A stretch of 51,525 nucleotides of DNA from Deltaproteobacteria bacterium (lineage in GTDB: Bacteria; SAR324; NAC60-12): positions 1 through 51,525 of the forward strand of contig NYTS01000060.1 in NCBI GenBank assembly GCA_002683655.1, written 5' to 3'. Positions 1-9,277 of the stretch are shown here, piece after piece. The first letter of the stretch is position 1. Every line of letters starts with the position of its first letter. The position numbers and the translations under genes were made by a program. The notes under the pieces are model-generated. The model did not search any database, was not told where the DNA came from, and was given only the letters and a program-made list of their open reading frames with translations.

Positions 1-93
1 TTTCGAAAGTTGATTCCCAGGTATGAAGAAACTGACCGCTCCTAGCAGGCCTTGACAAGCTTAGCGGCAGCAATGATCACTTTGAACAAGGTC

Positions 94-826
94 ATGTCTA
101 TTTATGGATAAGCTCTAATTAATGGTGGGAATCGTGGCTTGGTTTTGTGAAGCAATTGTTGAGTCAGGCCCCTCAAAAAAATTTTGCAGCTTATCGAAGT
201 ACCGAAACCGCCAAAGAATTGCTGGATTTAGCTTCAAATAATCCCCAAGTGTTGATTCCTATTCTTGCCGAAAGTACACTTGAGGAAGATGTTAGCAATG
301 TTTCCAAAATGGTCAGCCGAGAGACCAATAAATTAGATCTAGTGATCAATTGCGTTGGCTATCTTCACAACGCTGAACATGGGCCTGAAAAAAATTTGCG
401 CGAGATTAATGCCAATCAGCTAAAGTGAATGCCTTACCAACATCACTGCTTGCGAAATATTTCCAGAAGCTTCTCAAGCATGAGCAACCATCTGTTTTTT
501 TACCAATTTAAGCAAGAGTCGGAAGCATTGAAGATAACCGCATGGGTGGTTGGTAAAGTTCTAGGGGATCGAAGACAATGTTAAACATGATGCTTAGCAA
601 CATTGCAATCGAGTTTCATCGGACAAATCCAAATATAAAAGTCCTGGCTCTTCATCCTGGGACTGTCTGTACTAGGCTCGGTGACCCTTTCAGCAAAAAT
701 GTGACGCCTGAAAATTTTTTTAGCATTAACTAAAGTGTCAATTGCCTCTTGGAGGTAATCAAAAATACCAAAAAGAAGCTTAGAGGCGGTTTCTATGCCT
801 GGGATGGATAAGAAATAGCTTGGTAG
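94..826 (+). pseudogene. Pseudogene of a C-factor (CsgA)-like short-chain dehydrogenase/reductase
   Basis: Manual translation across three frames gives ALINGGNRG (Rossmann motif), LDLVINCVGYLH..GPEK, I*ARVGSIEDNRMGGW*SSRGSK, VLALHPGTV and GGFYAWDG*EIAW*. In-frame TAA stops lie at 109, 509, 554, 731 and 809, with frameshifts near 140 and 424. The catalytic YxxxK Tyr is replaced by Ser. Confidence 0.85.
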
Positions 827-926
827 TTCTTTGGTATGGAAGCAGTGATGAATCTGAAAAGACTTGAGAAATCAAGATTTATGAATAAAAATTTAGGTTT
901 TACCTAAAACAATACTTGACTAAAAA

Positions 927-1694
927 ATGTTTAATGAGGTTTGCTTGCCAAAGCCAATGATTGCTGGCAACTGGAAAATGAATGGAAGTAAGGAATTATT
1001 GTCCAATATGGTTTCTGCTTTGTCGAAAATTAGCACTTCGGCAAAGGTAGTACTGTGTGTTCCCTATACATTTCTCCACACTTTGGAAGAATCCGCCCGA
1101 AATTCAAATATTGGAATCGGTTCTCAAAACGTCCATCACGAAGTCTCGGGAGCTTTTACGGGTGAGATCTCGGTGGAGCAACTGAGGGAATGTGGCGTAC
1201 AGTATTGCCTAGTGGGACATTCTGAACGACGTCAATATTTTCAGGAAGACAACGCACTCATCAACAAGAAGGTCAAAAGACTGCTCCAGTCAGCAATACA
1301 TCCAATTCTTTGCATTGGAGAAACTTTGGAAGAGCGAGAAGCTGGGGAGGAACAATCTGTCGTAGGTAATCAACTTGCTGAAGGATTGAAAGATATTGCT
1401 CTTGATGACCTCCGCAGATGCATCATTGCTTATGAGCCAGTTTGGGCAATCGGTACGGGTAAAACAGCCACTCCTGATCAAGCTAATGAGATGCATCAAT
1501 TCATCAGGGGACAACTCATTGGCCTTACAAACGCTGCTACAGCAACAGAAATTCCAATACTCTATGGAGGAAGTGTCAAGGGCAGTAACGCCCCTGAGCT
1601 ACTCGCAAAATCTGATATAGACGGAGCTTTAGTAGGAGGTGCTAGCCTTCAACTGGAAAACTTCAAAAGCATCATCCTCTCTGCTCAAAACTGA
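927..1694 (+). CDS. tpiA: Triosephosphate isomerase
   Basis: Motifs IAGNWKMN, GHSERR, IAYEPVWAIGTG, YGGSV and LVGGASL. The true start may be TTG at 945, after a GAGG RBS. Confidence 0.97.
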   Translation: MFNEVCLPKPMIAGNWKMNGSKELLSNMVSALSKISTSAKVVLCVPYTFLHTLEESARNSNIGIGSQNVHHEVSGAFTGEISVEQLRECGVQYCLVGHSERRQYFQEDNALINKKVKRLLQSAIHPILCIGETLEEREAGEEQSVVGNQLAEGLKDIALDDLRRCIIAYEPVWAIGTGKTATPDQANEMHQFIRGQLIGLTNAATATEIPILYGGSVKGSNAPELLAKSDIDGALVGGASLQLENFKSIILSAQN

Positions 1695-1709
1695 TCTGGA
1701 TTCATACCC

Positions 1710-2189
1710 ATGTTTTCTTTGGTTTTAATTCTTCATGTTTTCGTTTGTTTGCTCATCATCTTCTTCGTGCTCATGCAGTCAGGGAGGGGTGCAGAATTAG
1801 GTGCAGCTTTTGGGGGGGTAGGGCAATCACAGTCAACTAGATCAGAAATGAGTGGAATTGGCAAAGCTACTACAGTCGTTGCTGTTCTGTTCATGCTAAC
1901 TTCACTCGTTTTGGCATTACTTTCTTCCGAGAAAGCTAGAGAATCTGTTGTTCGGGATATTAAAGCAGTCCCAGTCGTTCCAGGAGTGGAGGAGCCAGTT
2001 TTACCAACCACAGACAACCAAATCCCAACGGATGGAAAAGTTATCCCTTCAAATGAAGAGGAAGTTCCATCGAAAGATTTAGAGCAAACGGCAGCACCGG
2101 CCCTAGCACCCTCCACCAATCCTACGCAGGGGGTGGATAATCCTCAAAATGCTGTTCCTACTGAGTCGGCCCCGGCACAAAATAACTGA
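1710..2189 (+). CDS. secG: Preprotein translocase subunit SecG with a long Pro/Glu/Thr-rich C-terminal tail
   Basis: Two TM helices flank VLMQSGRGAELGAAFGG; conserved tpiA-secG synteny. Confidence 0.93.
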   Translation: MFSLVLILHVFVCLLIIFFVLMQSGRGAELGAAFGGVGQSQSTRSEMSGIGKATTVVAVLFMLTSLVLALLSSEKARESVVRDIKAVPVVPGVEEPVLPTTDNQIPTDGKVIPSNEEEVPSKDLEQTAAPALAPSTNPTQGVDNPQNAVPTESAPAQNN

Positions 2190-2233
2190 ATTGCACTTAC
2201 AGTTTTCATTGGATCCTAGCGAGTTAGAATTTC

Positions 2234-3199
2234 TCAGACGCCAATAGCCTGAGCAGCTGATAAGCCAGATAATACGGATCCTTCAATCTTTGACCCTGCA
2301 AAAGCGTCTCCTGCAAAAACTAAATTCGGGACACCCTCGGCCACTAGACAAGACTCATCATGAATTCTAGCCGGCTGGCTGTAGCGCCAGTGGTGTATTT
2401 GGATGTCCTTGATCTCAAGCTTTATACCTCTTCTTCTCAACTCTCCTCTGACTAACTCACTCAGCTTCTCAGGCTCACTTTCCCAATGTTCAGTACTTGC
2501 TTCGGGACCTAAGTGAAAAGTCAGAGCTTGCCCTGGATTTGGAAGCCCCTTCAGTTGATTGTCTGCAACAAATTGAATTGGCTCTTCATTGATTTGCCAT
2601 CCTCCATTTTCCGGCATAGATAAAGGATGTTTGGGGATAACCATCATCGCAATGCATGGATTATAAGAAATCAAACTAAGAAATTTCCTTGTGGAAGATG
2701 CGAGTTCTACCTGTCCAGCTTCAAGAAGTGCGATGGTTTGGGGCACGGGAGAAGTCATCAAGAGTTGATCTGCAGAAACGCTTGGGGATTCTTCAAAATC
2801 TAAATGCCATGATTTGTTGAAGAATCGGACAGATTTCACTTTGTGACCTGTTCTGACATCGAGTTGGCCTGCCAGCCATTTTGGTATGGAGTTCATTCCT
2901 TCAGCGCCACAAAATCTCGGATGTCCATCTCCAGTACCAGAAAACCCCTTGCACCAGACTTTCGCCACCCCAGCTTTTTCCCAACTCTGGACATACTTCT
3001 CGAAACGAGGATTGCGAACTGTAAAAAATTGTGCACCGTGATCCAGCCTGAATTTGCCAAAACGCCTAGTGCTCATTCTACCACCAGGTCCTCTTCCTTT
3101 ATCGAAAAGAACCGAGTTTTTTCCTTTTTTAGCAAGGTAAGTTGCGGCCATCAAACCTGAAATACCAGCCCCGATAATTGCAATCTCAAAATGATCCAT
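2234..3199 (-). CDS. Renalase-like NAD(P)/FAD-dependent oxidoreductase
   Basis: Motifs IIGAGISGL, DKGRGPGGRMSTRR, DHGAQFFT, HHWRYSQP and AGDAF..SKIEGSVLSG. Confidence 0.85.
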   Translation of the reverse strand: MDHFEIAIIGAGISGLMAATYLAKKGKNSVLFDKGRGPGGRMSTRRFGKFRLDHGAQFFTVRNPRFEKYVQSWEKAGVAKVWCKGFSGTGDGHPRFCGAEGMNSIPKWLAGQLDVRTGHKVKSVRFFNKSWHLDFEESPSVSADQLLMTSPVPQTIALLEAGQVELASSTRKFLSLISYNPCIAMMVIPKHPLSMPENGGWQINEEPIQFVADNQLKGLPNPGQALTFHLGPEASTEHWESEPEKLSELVRGELRRRGIKLEIKDIQIHHWRYSQPARIHDESCLVAEGVPNLVFAGDAFAGSKIEGSVLSGLSAAQAIGV

Positions 3200-3341
3200 A
3201 GTGTAACCCTATTTGTGTGATGGTTTTGGAAGCTTTCAATTTTTCAAGACTCTATCAATGGAAAATAGAGTCCTATATTGCCTGCCACAATTTTTGCAGA
3301 ATCAAGCGCATTTCAAGAAAACCATAATAAGGAGTGTCTGA

Positions 3342-4766
3342 ATGATTGCCATGATACTCGCAGGGGGAAGTGGAACTCGACTTTGGCCCTACAGTCGAAC
3401 AATGAGTCCGAAGCAGTTTCTGAATTTAGGATCATCCCATGAGTCTCTTCTTCAGGATACTTGTCGAAGACTTGATCCCATTGTTCCACCAGAGAAGATT
3501 GTTGTCATCGGCTCTGCCACCCATGAATTTGAACTGCGACAGCAAATGGAGCAGGTGATCCCGAATCTGAAAGAGCATCAAGTATTGCTGGAGCCACAAG
3601 CTAAGAACACTGCTCCAGCCCTGCTGTGGGGTATATCAACATTGAAGGATGTGGAAGCTGATGAGCCGGTGGTGATTCTTGCAGCAGACCATCTCATTCA
3701 AGCTCCGGATCACTTCCAAGAAGCACTTCTTCAAGCTAAGCAGCTTGCAGAGGAAGGTTTCATAGTAACCTTTGGGATTAAGCCAGATCACCCTGAAACA
3801 GGCTATGGTTATATTTGTGCGGGTGAACCTTGTGGACCGGGCTTCAAAGTTGAGAAATTTCTGGAAAAGCCGAGTCAGGAGAGAGCCGAAAAGTTTGTTG
3901 CTTCCTCGCAGTATACTTGGAATGCAGGAATTTTCATGGCCTCAATCCGAACCTGGAAGCGTGAATTTGCTAGTTGCGCACCTGAATTGGCGAAATTATT
4001 CATTGACGCAGAGCCTTCCACAGATCTGCTGAATGATGAAGAGGTGGACAAACTTTTTGAAAAGTCCCCCAACATTTCGGTCGATTATGCCGTAATGGAA
4101 CGTTCCAACTGTGTAACAGTCCTTCCTGTTGAAATGGGGTGGAGTGATCTTGGAAGTTGGGAGAGCATTTACCAAGTTTCTGAAAAAGATGAGAACGGGA
4201 ATGTCCTCCGTGGAAATGTCATTTCCCATGAGACCACCAATTCTTTAATCTTCAGCACAAAAAAACTGGTCACGAGTATTGGAGTAGAGAACCTGATCAT
4301 TGTCGAAACGGATGATGCACTCCTTGTCTGTGATTTATGCCGTTCCCAGGACGTAAAGCATCTAGTGGACACTCTGAAGGAAAGTGATCGGCATGAATAT
4401 AAGTTCCACACGAGAGTATTGAGACCTTGGGGCAGCGCTACCACTTTGCTTGAAAACAGTGGTTATCGTGTGAGGCTTCTTGAGATAGAACCAGGAAGAT
4501 ACATATCCAGTCAGCGCCATCGACATCGTAGTGAGCATTGGGTGATTGTGCGGGGGGCTGCTGACGTTATTCGTGGTCAGGAAACCCACATACTGACAGA
4601 AAATGAATCGATCCATATTCCTAGGACCATCACCCACCGTCTCAGTAACTCAGGCAAAATATCGCTTCAGGTACTTGAAATTCAACAGGGTGAATACCTC
4701 GGTTTTGATGATGTGGAACGATTTGAAGAGTCCTATTCAACAAGAGTTCAAGATTTTGATCACTGA
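3342..4766 (+). CDS. manC: Mannose-1-phosphate guanylyltransferase / mannose-6-phosphate isomerase (type II)
   Basis: Motifs ILAGGSGTRLWP.SR..PKQF, ETGYGYI, F.EKP, WNAGIF and WSDLGSW, plus a C-terminal cupin RPWG...HRHRSEHW. Confidence 0.93.
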   Translation: MIAMILAGGSGTRLWPYSRTMSPKQFLNLGSSHESLLQDTCRRLDPIVPPEKIVVIGSATHEFELRQQMEQVIPNLKEHQVLLEPQAKNTAPALLWGISTLKDVEADEPVVILAADHLIQAPDHFQEALLQAKQLAEEGFIVTFGIKPDHPETGYGYICAGEPCGPGFKVEKFLEKPSQERAEKFVASSQYTWNAGIFMASIRTWKREFASCAPELAKLFIDAEPSTDLLNDEEVDKLFEKSPNISVDYAVMERSNCVTVLPVEMGWSDLGSWESIYQVSEKDENGNVLRGNVISHETTNSLIFSTKKLVTSIGVENLIIVETDDALLVCDLCRSQDVKHLVDTLKESDRHEYKFHTRVLRPWGSATTLLENSGYRVRLLEIEPGRYISSQRHRHRSEHWVIVRGAADVIRGQETHILTENESIHIPRTITHRLSNSGKISLQVLEIQQGEYLGFDDVERFEESYSTRVQDFDH

Positions 4767-4818
4767 ATATAAAGACATTGAGTTTGAATCTTTCTGTACA
4801 TTTTTTTGAGGAGCAAGA

Positions 4819-5931
4819 ATGTTTCGTTCAATAATTTACTCACAAATTTCTATCTTTCTGATCTGGGGTTGTTTCCAACAAGTTCATGCTCAAGATTATC
4901 CAGAAGTAGATCTTGAATTCAGAACTAGTTTCCAGGTTCAGACGCAAGATGCAGAATACGATGCAAAAACCCCGAATTTTGACGATGGTAAAGAACAAAC
5001 TCGATTGGGCTTTCGCCTAGATCGAGGCAACGTGAATGTTAGGGGGAGAATAGGCGAAGCATTTAGCTATCGTCTCCGGTTGAGCCTAGATGCGAATCTT
5101 GACGAATTTGGCCATGCCGATGGTACTCAAAGTAGTCTGGAGTACTTTTTTGTAGAATATCGTGTTGGAACCGATCTCGATTTAAAAATCGGCAAGCAAT
5201 TCGTTTTGCAGGGTGGTCTAGAGGGGATGAATAATGGTTTGGACGTGTACCGGTATTCAATCCAGGGAGAGAGAATTCAAGACCTGTATGAAGTCGGACT
5301 TGGTTTAATTCAGGAATTCAGATTCCGAGGAAATGAAGTCCCACAATATGGAGTGTTCCAACTTGTCAATCAGCCTCAAGGCAATGGCAAAAGTGATCAA
5401 AATCTTGGATATAACGCAGCATGGTATGGTGTCCTGGGATCCGGTCTGCTTGAGCCTACATTGCAGGTGGGTTTCTTCCCGAAGAAAAGTGAAAAGCCAG
5501 TTGATTCTTGCAGTGACTTGAAATGCTTACTACCAGATCAGTTGATTTCTGCTGGAACAAGGCTGAATTTTGCAGAAGCGTATCTGGATCTAGACTTGAT
5601 TCATGGTAGTTATTATGGAATTTCTCCAGCCAATAAATTGATTGAAAGGGAGGCAAGCACGGTTGCGCTTGAGTATCGTGTTGATCCAAAAACCAAACCT
5701 GTTCAAAGTCCAATTCCATTTGCCAAGTGGACCTATGATATGGTTTCTGAATCAAGATTGAACAGTGCTTTTCTGGATTATCGTAACGAAATTAGTGCGG
5801 GGATCGAGGTTTACCCTACAACAGATGAGCGCCTCAGAATTCATGCATTGGGGGCGTTTCAAAACTGGAAGGTAAACGCTGGAGCATTCAATCAGTTTCT
5901 TCTAAACATGGGACTTAGCGCAAGATTATAG
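4819..5931 (+). CDS. Putative outer-membrane porin (OprO/OprP-like beta-barrel)
   Basis: Signal peptide ending VHA-Q; GFRLDRGNVNVRG, YRLRL and LKIGKQ motifs; amphipathic beta strands and a C-terminal strand LNMGLSARL. Confidence 0.6.
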   Translation: MFRSIIYSQISIFLIWGCFQQVHAQDYPEVDLEFRTSFQVQTQDAEYDAKTPNFDDGKEQTRLGFRLDRGNVNVRGRIGEAFSYRLRLSLDANLDEFGHADGTQSSLEYFFVEYRVGTDLDLKIGKQFVLQGGLEGMNNGLDVYRYSIQGERIQDLYEVGLGLIQEFRFRGNEVPQYGVFQLVNQPQGNGKSDQNLGYNAAWYGVLGSGLLEPTLQVGFFPKKSEKPVDSCSDLKCLLPDQLISAGTRLNFAEAYLDLDLIHGSYYGISPANKLIEREASTVALEYRVDPKTKPVQSPIPFAKWTYDMVSESRLNSAFLDYRNEISAGIEVYPTTDERLRIHALGAFQNWKVNAGAFNQFLLNMGLSARL

Positions 5932-5934
5932 AGT

Positions 5935-7899
5935 CTAATCTTCTTCTTCCGCAAGAACAATTAGTGCGTCATCATCTCTAAGAGTGTAGTGTCTATCTTT
6001 TGGAGGAATGATATAAATGCCGAAATTTTGTTCTTTCTCGGTTTCCTGTCGACCCAGCTTGATTCCAAAGCACACCTCATCTCTCTGTTGAGCTGCCAAC
6101 ACGCAGTCTGCAAAAGTGACATTCAGACCCCCGGGCTGCTCGAAATAAAGGTCTATGGGCTTGATATAAATCTCGCTCCCTTCCTTATGGAAAAGATCGT
6201 CATAGACATGCATTACGTCTTTTTCGAGAGCTACTTGGGCAAAAATTCTTGAGACGAACTGGTTGGATATTAAGAAGTCCTTTACGCCAACTTGAACGAT
6301 CAGCTCAGTATTTTCAGAGTTGACGATTTCACTAATCAATTTGGTTTCTGTGGGTACACCACTACTGTTTTCAGCTTCTTTGAAAATGTTACGTATCTGC
6401 AGGAGACGCATAATCGTTCGCGCATCAATTTCTTCTGATTCATCCCCACTTCCAGCCAATATTGAGACGGTTGTGTAGCCTGGGAGTCCTAGGTTGTCGA
6501 GCTCTTCCTCTGATTGAAAATCGATCTTATTAAAGTTCATTTGAACATCTGGGAATTGACTAGCAATGTTCCCAAAGTCTTTTCGAATTTCAGGATCTGC
6601 GTTTGCTTCGATTAGAAGGTCCACGGAGGACCCAGGTGCCATGTAGCCAGCGTATTCACTAAGTACAATTGGCGCCTTATTATTCCACCCCACAATCAGG
6701 TGATGCTCTTCAGAAATTACCTTTCTTTGATTACTGTAAGGGTGAACCTTAGGTTCAAAAACTTTTTCAGATGAGAAGTTTATAGTTGAATCGTCTTCTG
6801 CCAGAACAACGATTTCATCTTCTTCTTTGAGAATATATTCTCGTGGTGGATTCAGCAAAATCTCACCAGTTGGGAGTTTTAATCCCAGAGGTACACTTTC
6901 CATAAAATGGAATTGAAGTTCACCGAAGTTTACCCCGTTCCATCCCTCGTCAGGTTTGAAAAAATAGAATTCATTTCCTTCAAAGCCAACTAGATCTGCA
7001 TATACCATCGCCAGACCTTTATTACGCGAGGTCTGCACCAACATCCGAGCGAGAATGTCAGCCTCATTCATTGTGGTAACTTTGCCATGTACGATCGTTT
7101 CTGCAAGAAGCCGGTAGCGCTCAATATAAATTTCAGCAATGACAGGCGGAGCTTCCTCCCCCCTTGCAGCGACTACTGCCATGATTGTCTTAATCACTCG
7201 TGCATCTGCCAATTCCTTGGCTTCGTTGCTGTCTGAAGACTTTGCATTATTAAGGACGACCACAGAGTGGGCATGCTTAATGCCAACACCTTTGAGGTTG
7301 TTGATGCTGGTGGTGGAACCACTTCTCGTGATGATTTTGGTGGTTTTGAAGTCTTGGATTGAATCCCGAAGGTAGTCATCCATTGCCTCTTTATCCATCT
7401 CCGCGACGATAACCACTACCCCAGAGTCTGATTCATTGGCTACAATCAATTCTTTAACGATCTCAATCACTCTCTCGCTGAAGCCAACGATCAGTAAATG
7501 ATTTTCCTCAAGGACTTGGCTCTTACCCTTCTTGAGTGTGGATATGCGATTTTCAAATTCTTGAGTGATGAATGCCACCATACTCGAAAATAGAACCAAG
7601 CCTATGAAGATCGTTACGATCGCTACAAGCTTTCCAGGAAAGTTAGACCCTGCGTCTAATTCTGCTAGGGAACCAGAATCGATAATCTGAAAGAAAGCGT
7701 GCCACAGAAGGAAGGTCCCATCCTCAATTGTTTCATCAGGAAAAATAAGGAACACAACAAAACGAACTGTTCCCATCACAACAAAAGCCACAAAAAATAA
7801 AAACAAGAGGGACAGGAAAACGGATGTTCCACCTTTAGACATGAAGCTGTCTAGCCAATAACGGAAACGCTCATCCCAGCTATAGCGATTTTGCGACAT
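5935..7899 (-). CDS. CASTOR/POLLUX/DMI1-related ion channel with tandem RCK domains
   Basis: N-terminal RFRYWLDSFMSKG; TM-pore-TM with filter-like IIDSGS; KKGKSQVLEENH; LVGFEGNEFYF; DLF..EGSEIYIKP; terminal LIVLAEED. Confidence 0.85.
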   Translation of the reverse strand: MSQNRYSWDERFRYWLDSFMSKGGTSVFLSLLFLFFVAFVVMGTVRFVVFLIFPDETIEDGTFLLWHAFFQIIDSGSLAELDAGSNFPGKLVAIVTIFIGLVLFSSMVAFITQEFENRISTLKKGKSQVLEENHLLIVGFSERVIEIVKELIVANESDSGVVVIVAEMDKEAMDDYLRDSIQDFKTTKIITRSGSTTSINNLKGVGIKHAHSVVVLNNAKSSDSNEAKELADARVIKTIMAVVAARGEEAPPVIAEIYIERYRLLAETIVHGKVTTMNEADILARMLVQTSRNKGLAMVYADLVGFEGNEFYFFKPDEGWNGVNFGELQFHFMESVPLGLKLPTGEILLNPPREYILKEEDEIVVLAEDDSTINFSSEKVFEPKVHPYSNQRKVISEEHHLIVGWNNKAPIVLSEYAGYMAPGSSVDLLIEANADPEIRKDFGNIASQFPDVQMNFNKIDFQSEEELDNLGLPGYTTVSILAGSGDESEEIDARTIMRLLQIRNIFKEAENSSGVPTETKLISEIVNSENTELIVQVGVKDFLISNQFVSRIFAQVALEKDVMHVYDDLFHKEGSEIYIKPIDLYFEQPGGLNVTFADCVLAAQQRDEVCFGIKLGRQETEKEQNFGIYIIPPKDRHYTLRDDDALIVLAEEED

Positions 7900-7999
7900 G
7901 TTTTGTCACTGATGCAGATAAGTATCTTTAGGAGTCCTGTGCCTCGAAGTTAATTCAGGAAGGCACAGTCTGTAATATGCGGTTAGAATTAGTTAAAAA

Positions 8000-9073
8000 T
8001 CAGATCTGTTCTAAGCTTTTTATCACTTCCTCTCCCATCCATTGACAATCAACACTTGTTTTTCCTTCAGCCATGATGTCAGCGGTCCGGTAGATTTTGA
8101 TCGTGTTCTCAACAGCTTTTTGGATCAGTTCATCTGCCTCGCGAAGGTCAAGCGAGTAACGGAAAAGCATCCCTACAGAAAGGATTGTTGCAAGTGGATT
8201 TGCCAAATTTTGACCTGCAATATCTGGTGCCGAGCCATGCACAGGCTCGTATAGGCCGACCTTTCCTCCAAGACTTGCAGATGGGAGCATGCCAATAGAG
8301 CCAGTGATCATTGCGGCTGCGTCACTTAAAATGTCTCCAAACATGTTGGTGGTTACAATCGTATCGAATTGCTTTGGTGCTCTAATCAATTGCATGGCAG
8401 CGTTGTCAACATACATATGGTTTAGCTCTACGTCTGGATAGTCATTGTGGACGTCCTGAACGACGTTGCGCCATAATTCTGTAGCCTCTAGCACATTTGC
8501 CTTGTCGACGGATGTCAAACGACCGCTACGTTTCTGTGCAGTCTCAAAGCCCACCTTGGCTATCCGACGAATCTCAGACTCAGAATAGACTAGAGTATTG
8601 AAACCAACTCGTTCTCCGTTCCGGATCTCCACACCTTTAGGCTGTCCAAAATAAATTCCCCCTGTCAGCTCACGAATGACCATGATGTCAGCACCATCGA
8701 CAACTTCGGGCTTCAGTGTAGATGCTCCAACCAATTCTCCGTAAATTTGTGCTGGCCGTAGATTGGCATAAAGCTGCAATTCTCCTCGTAGTCCGAGTAA
8801 TGCTCTCTCTGGTCGAACTGAGTAGTCAAGAGTTTCCCACTGAGGTCCGCCGACAGCGCCTAAAAGAATAGCATCCGCAGCTTTGCAAGCTTGGAGGGTT
8901 TCGTCAGGTAGAGGTGTTCCTGTTAAATCATAAGCAGTACCTCCGATTGGCACTTCAGTGAATTCAAGAACTAACTTGAAGCGCTTCGCCATGTATTCCA
9001 TGACTTTGCGTGCCTGAGCAGTGACCTCTTTCCCAATTCCGTCACCTGGAGTGATAACAATATTCTTCGACAT
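8000..9073 (-). CDS. leuB: 3-isopropylmalate dehydrogenase
   Basis: Motifs [41 protein letters not shown] and [13 protein letters not shown]. Confidence 0.97.
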   Translation of the reverse strand: MSKNIVITPGDGIGKEVTAQARKVMEYMAKRFKLVLEFTEVPIGGTAYDLTGTPLPDETLQACKAADAILLGAVGGPQWETLDYSVRPERALLGLRGELQLYANLRPAQIYGELVGASTLKPEVVDGADIMVIRELTGGIYFGQPKGVEIRNGERVGFNTLVYSESEIRRIAKVGFETAQKRSGRLTSVDKANVLEATELWRNVVQDVHNDYPDVELNHMYVDNAAMQLIRAPKQFDTIVTTNMFGDILSDAAAMITGSIGMLPSASLGGKVGLYEPVHGSAPDIAGQNLANPLATILSVGMLFRYSLDLREADELIQKAVENTIKIYRTADIMAEGKTSVDCQWMGEEVIKSLEQI

Positions 9074-9277
9074 TTGCTTCCTTTACCAACAAATGGTCAA
9101 CTAGTTAAAACTTTTTAATCTAAGCAGATAGCTACAAGTATGTTATCCTGCAATCGGTGAATATAATTTGCAACACTAGTAATCGATATTTTGATTAGCC
9201 GCTTTTTCGCCCACCAAACCAAAGTTTTTCAACGTCACTTATTTAGTTTCCTCATTACACGATTAATTTAAAGATTT

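Noticed and set aside
1-95. Possible gene fragment at the window start (minus-strand FFIPGNQL resembles a photolyase-related N-terminus)
   Set aside because: Too short, no convincing start in frame, and stops nearby.
94-826. TAA stop-codon recoding as an explanation for the interrupted SDR
   Set aside because: The stops replace different amino acids, frameshifts are also present, and TAA terminates many intact genes in the window.
2190-2233. tRNA-Leu often found after secG
   Set aside because: The gap is only 44 bp, with no cloverleaf or T-loop motif.
7900-8040. Fluoride riboswitch (AACCGC and GACTCCTA on the minus strand upstream of an ion channel)
   Set aside because: Lacks the GGxGATGG 5' stem and the GCT(G/A)ATGA element, and the spacing is wrong.
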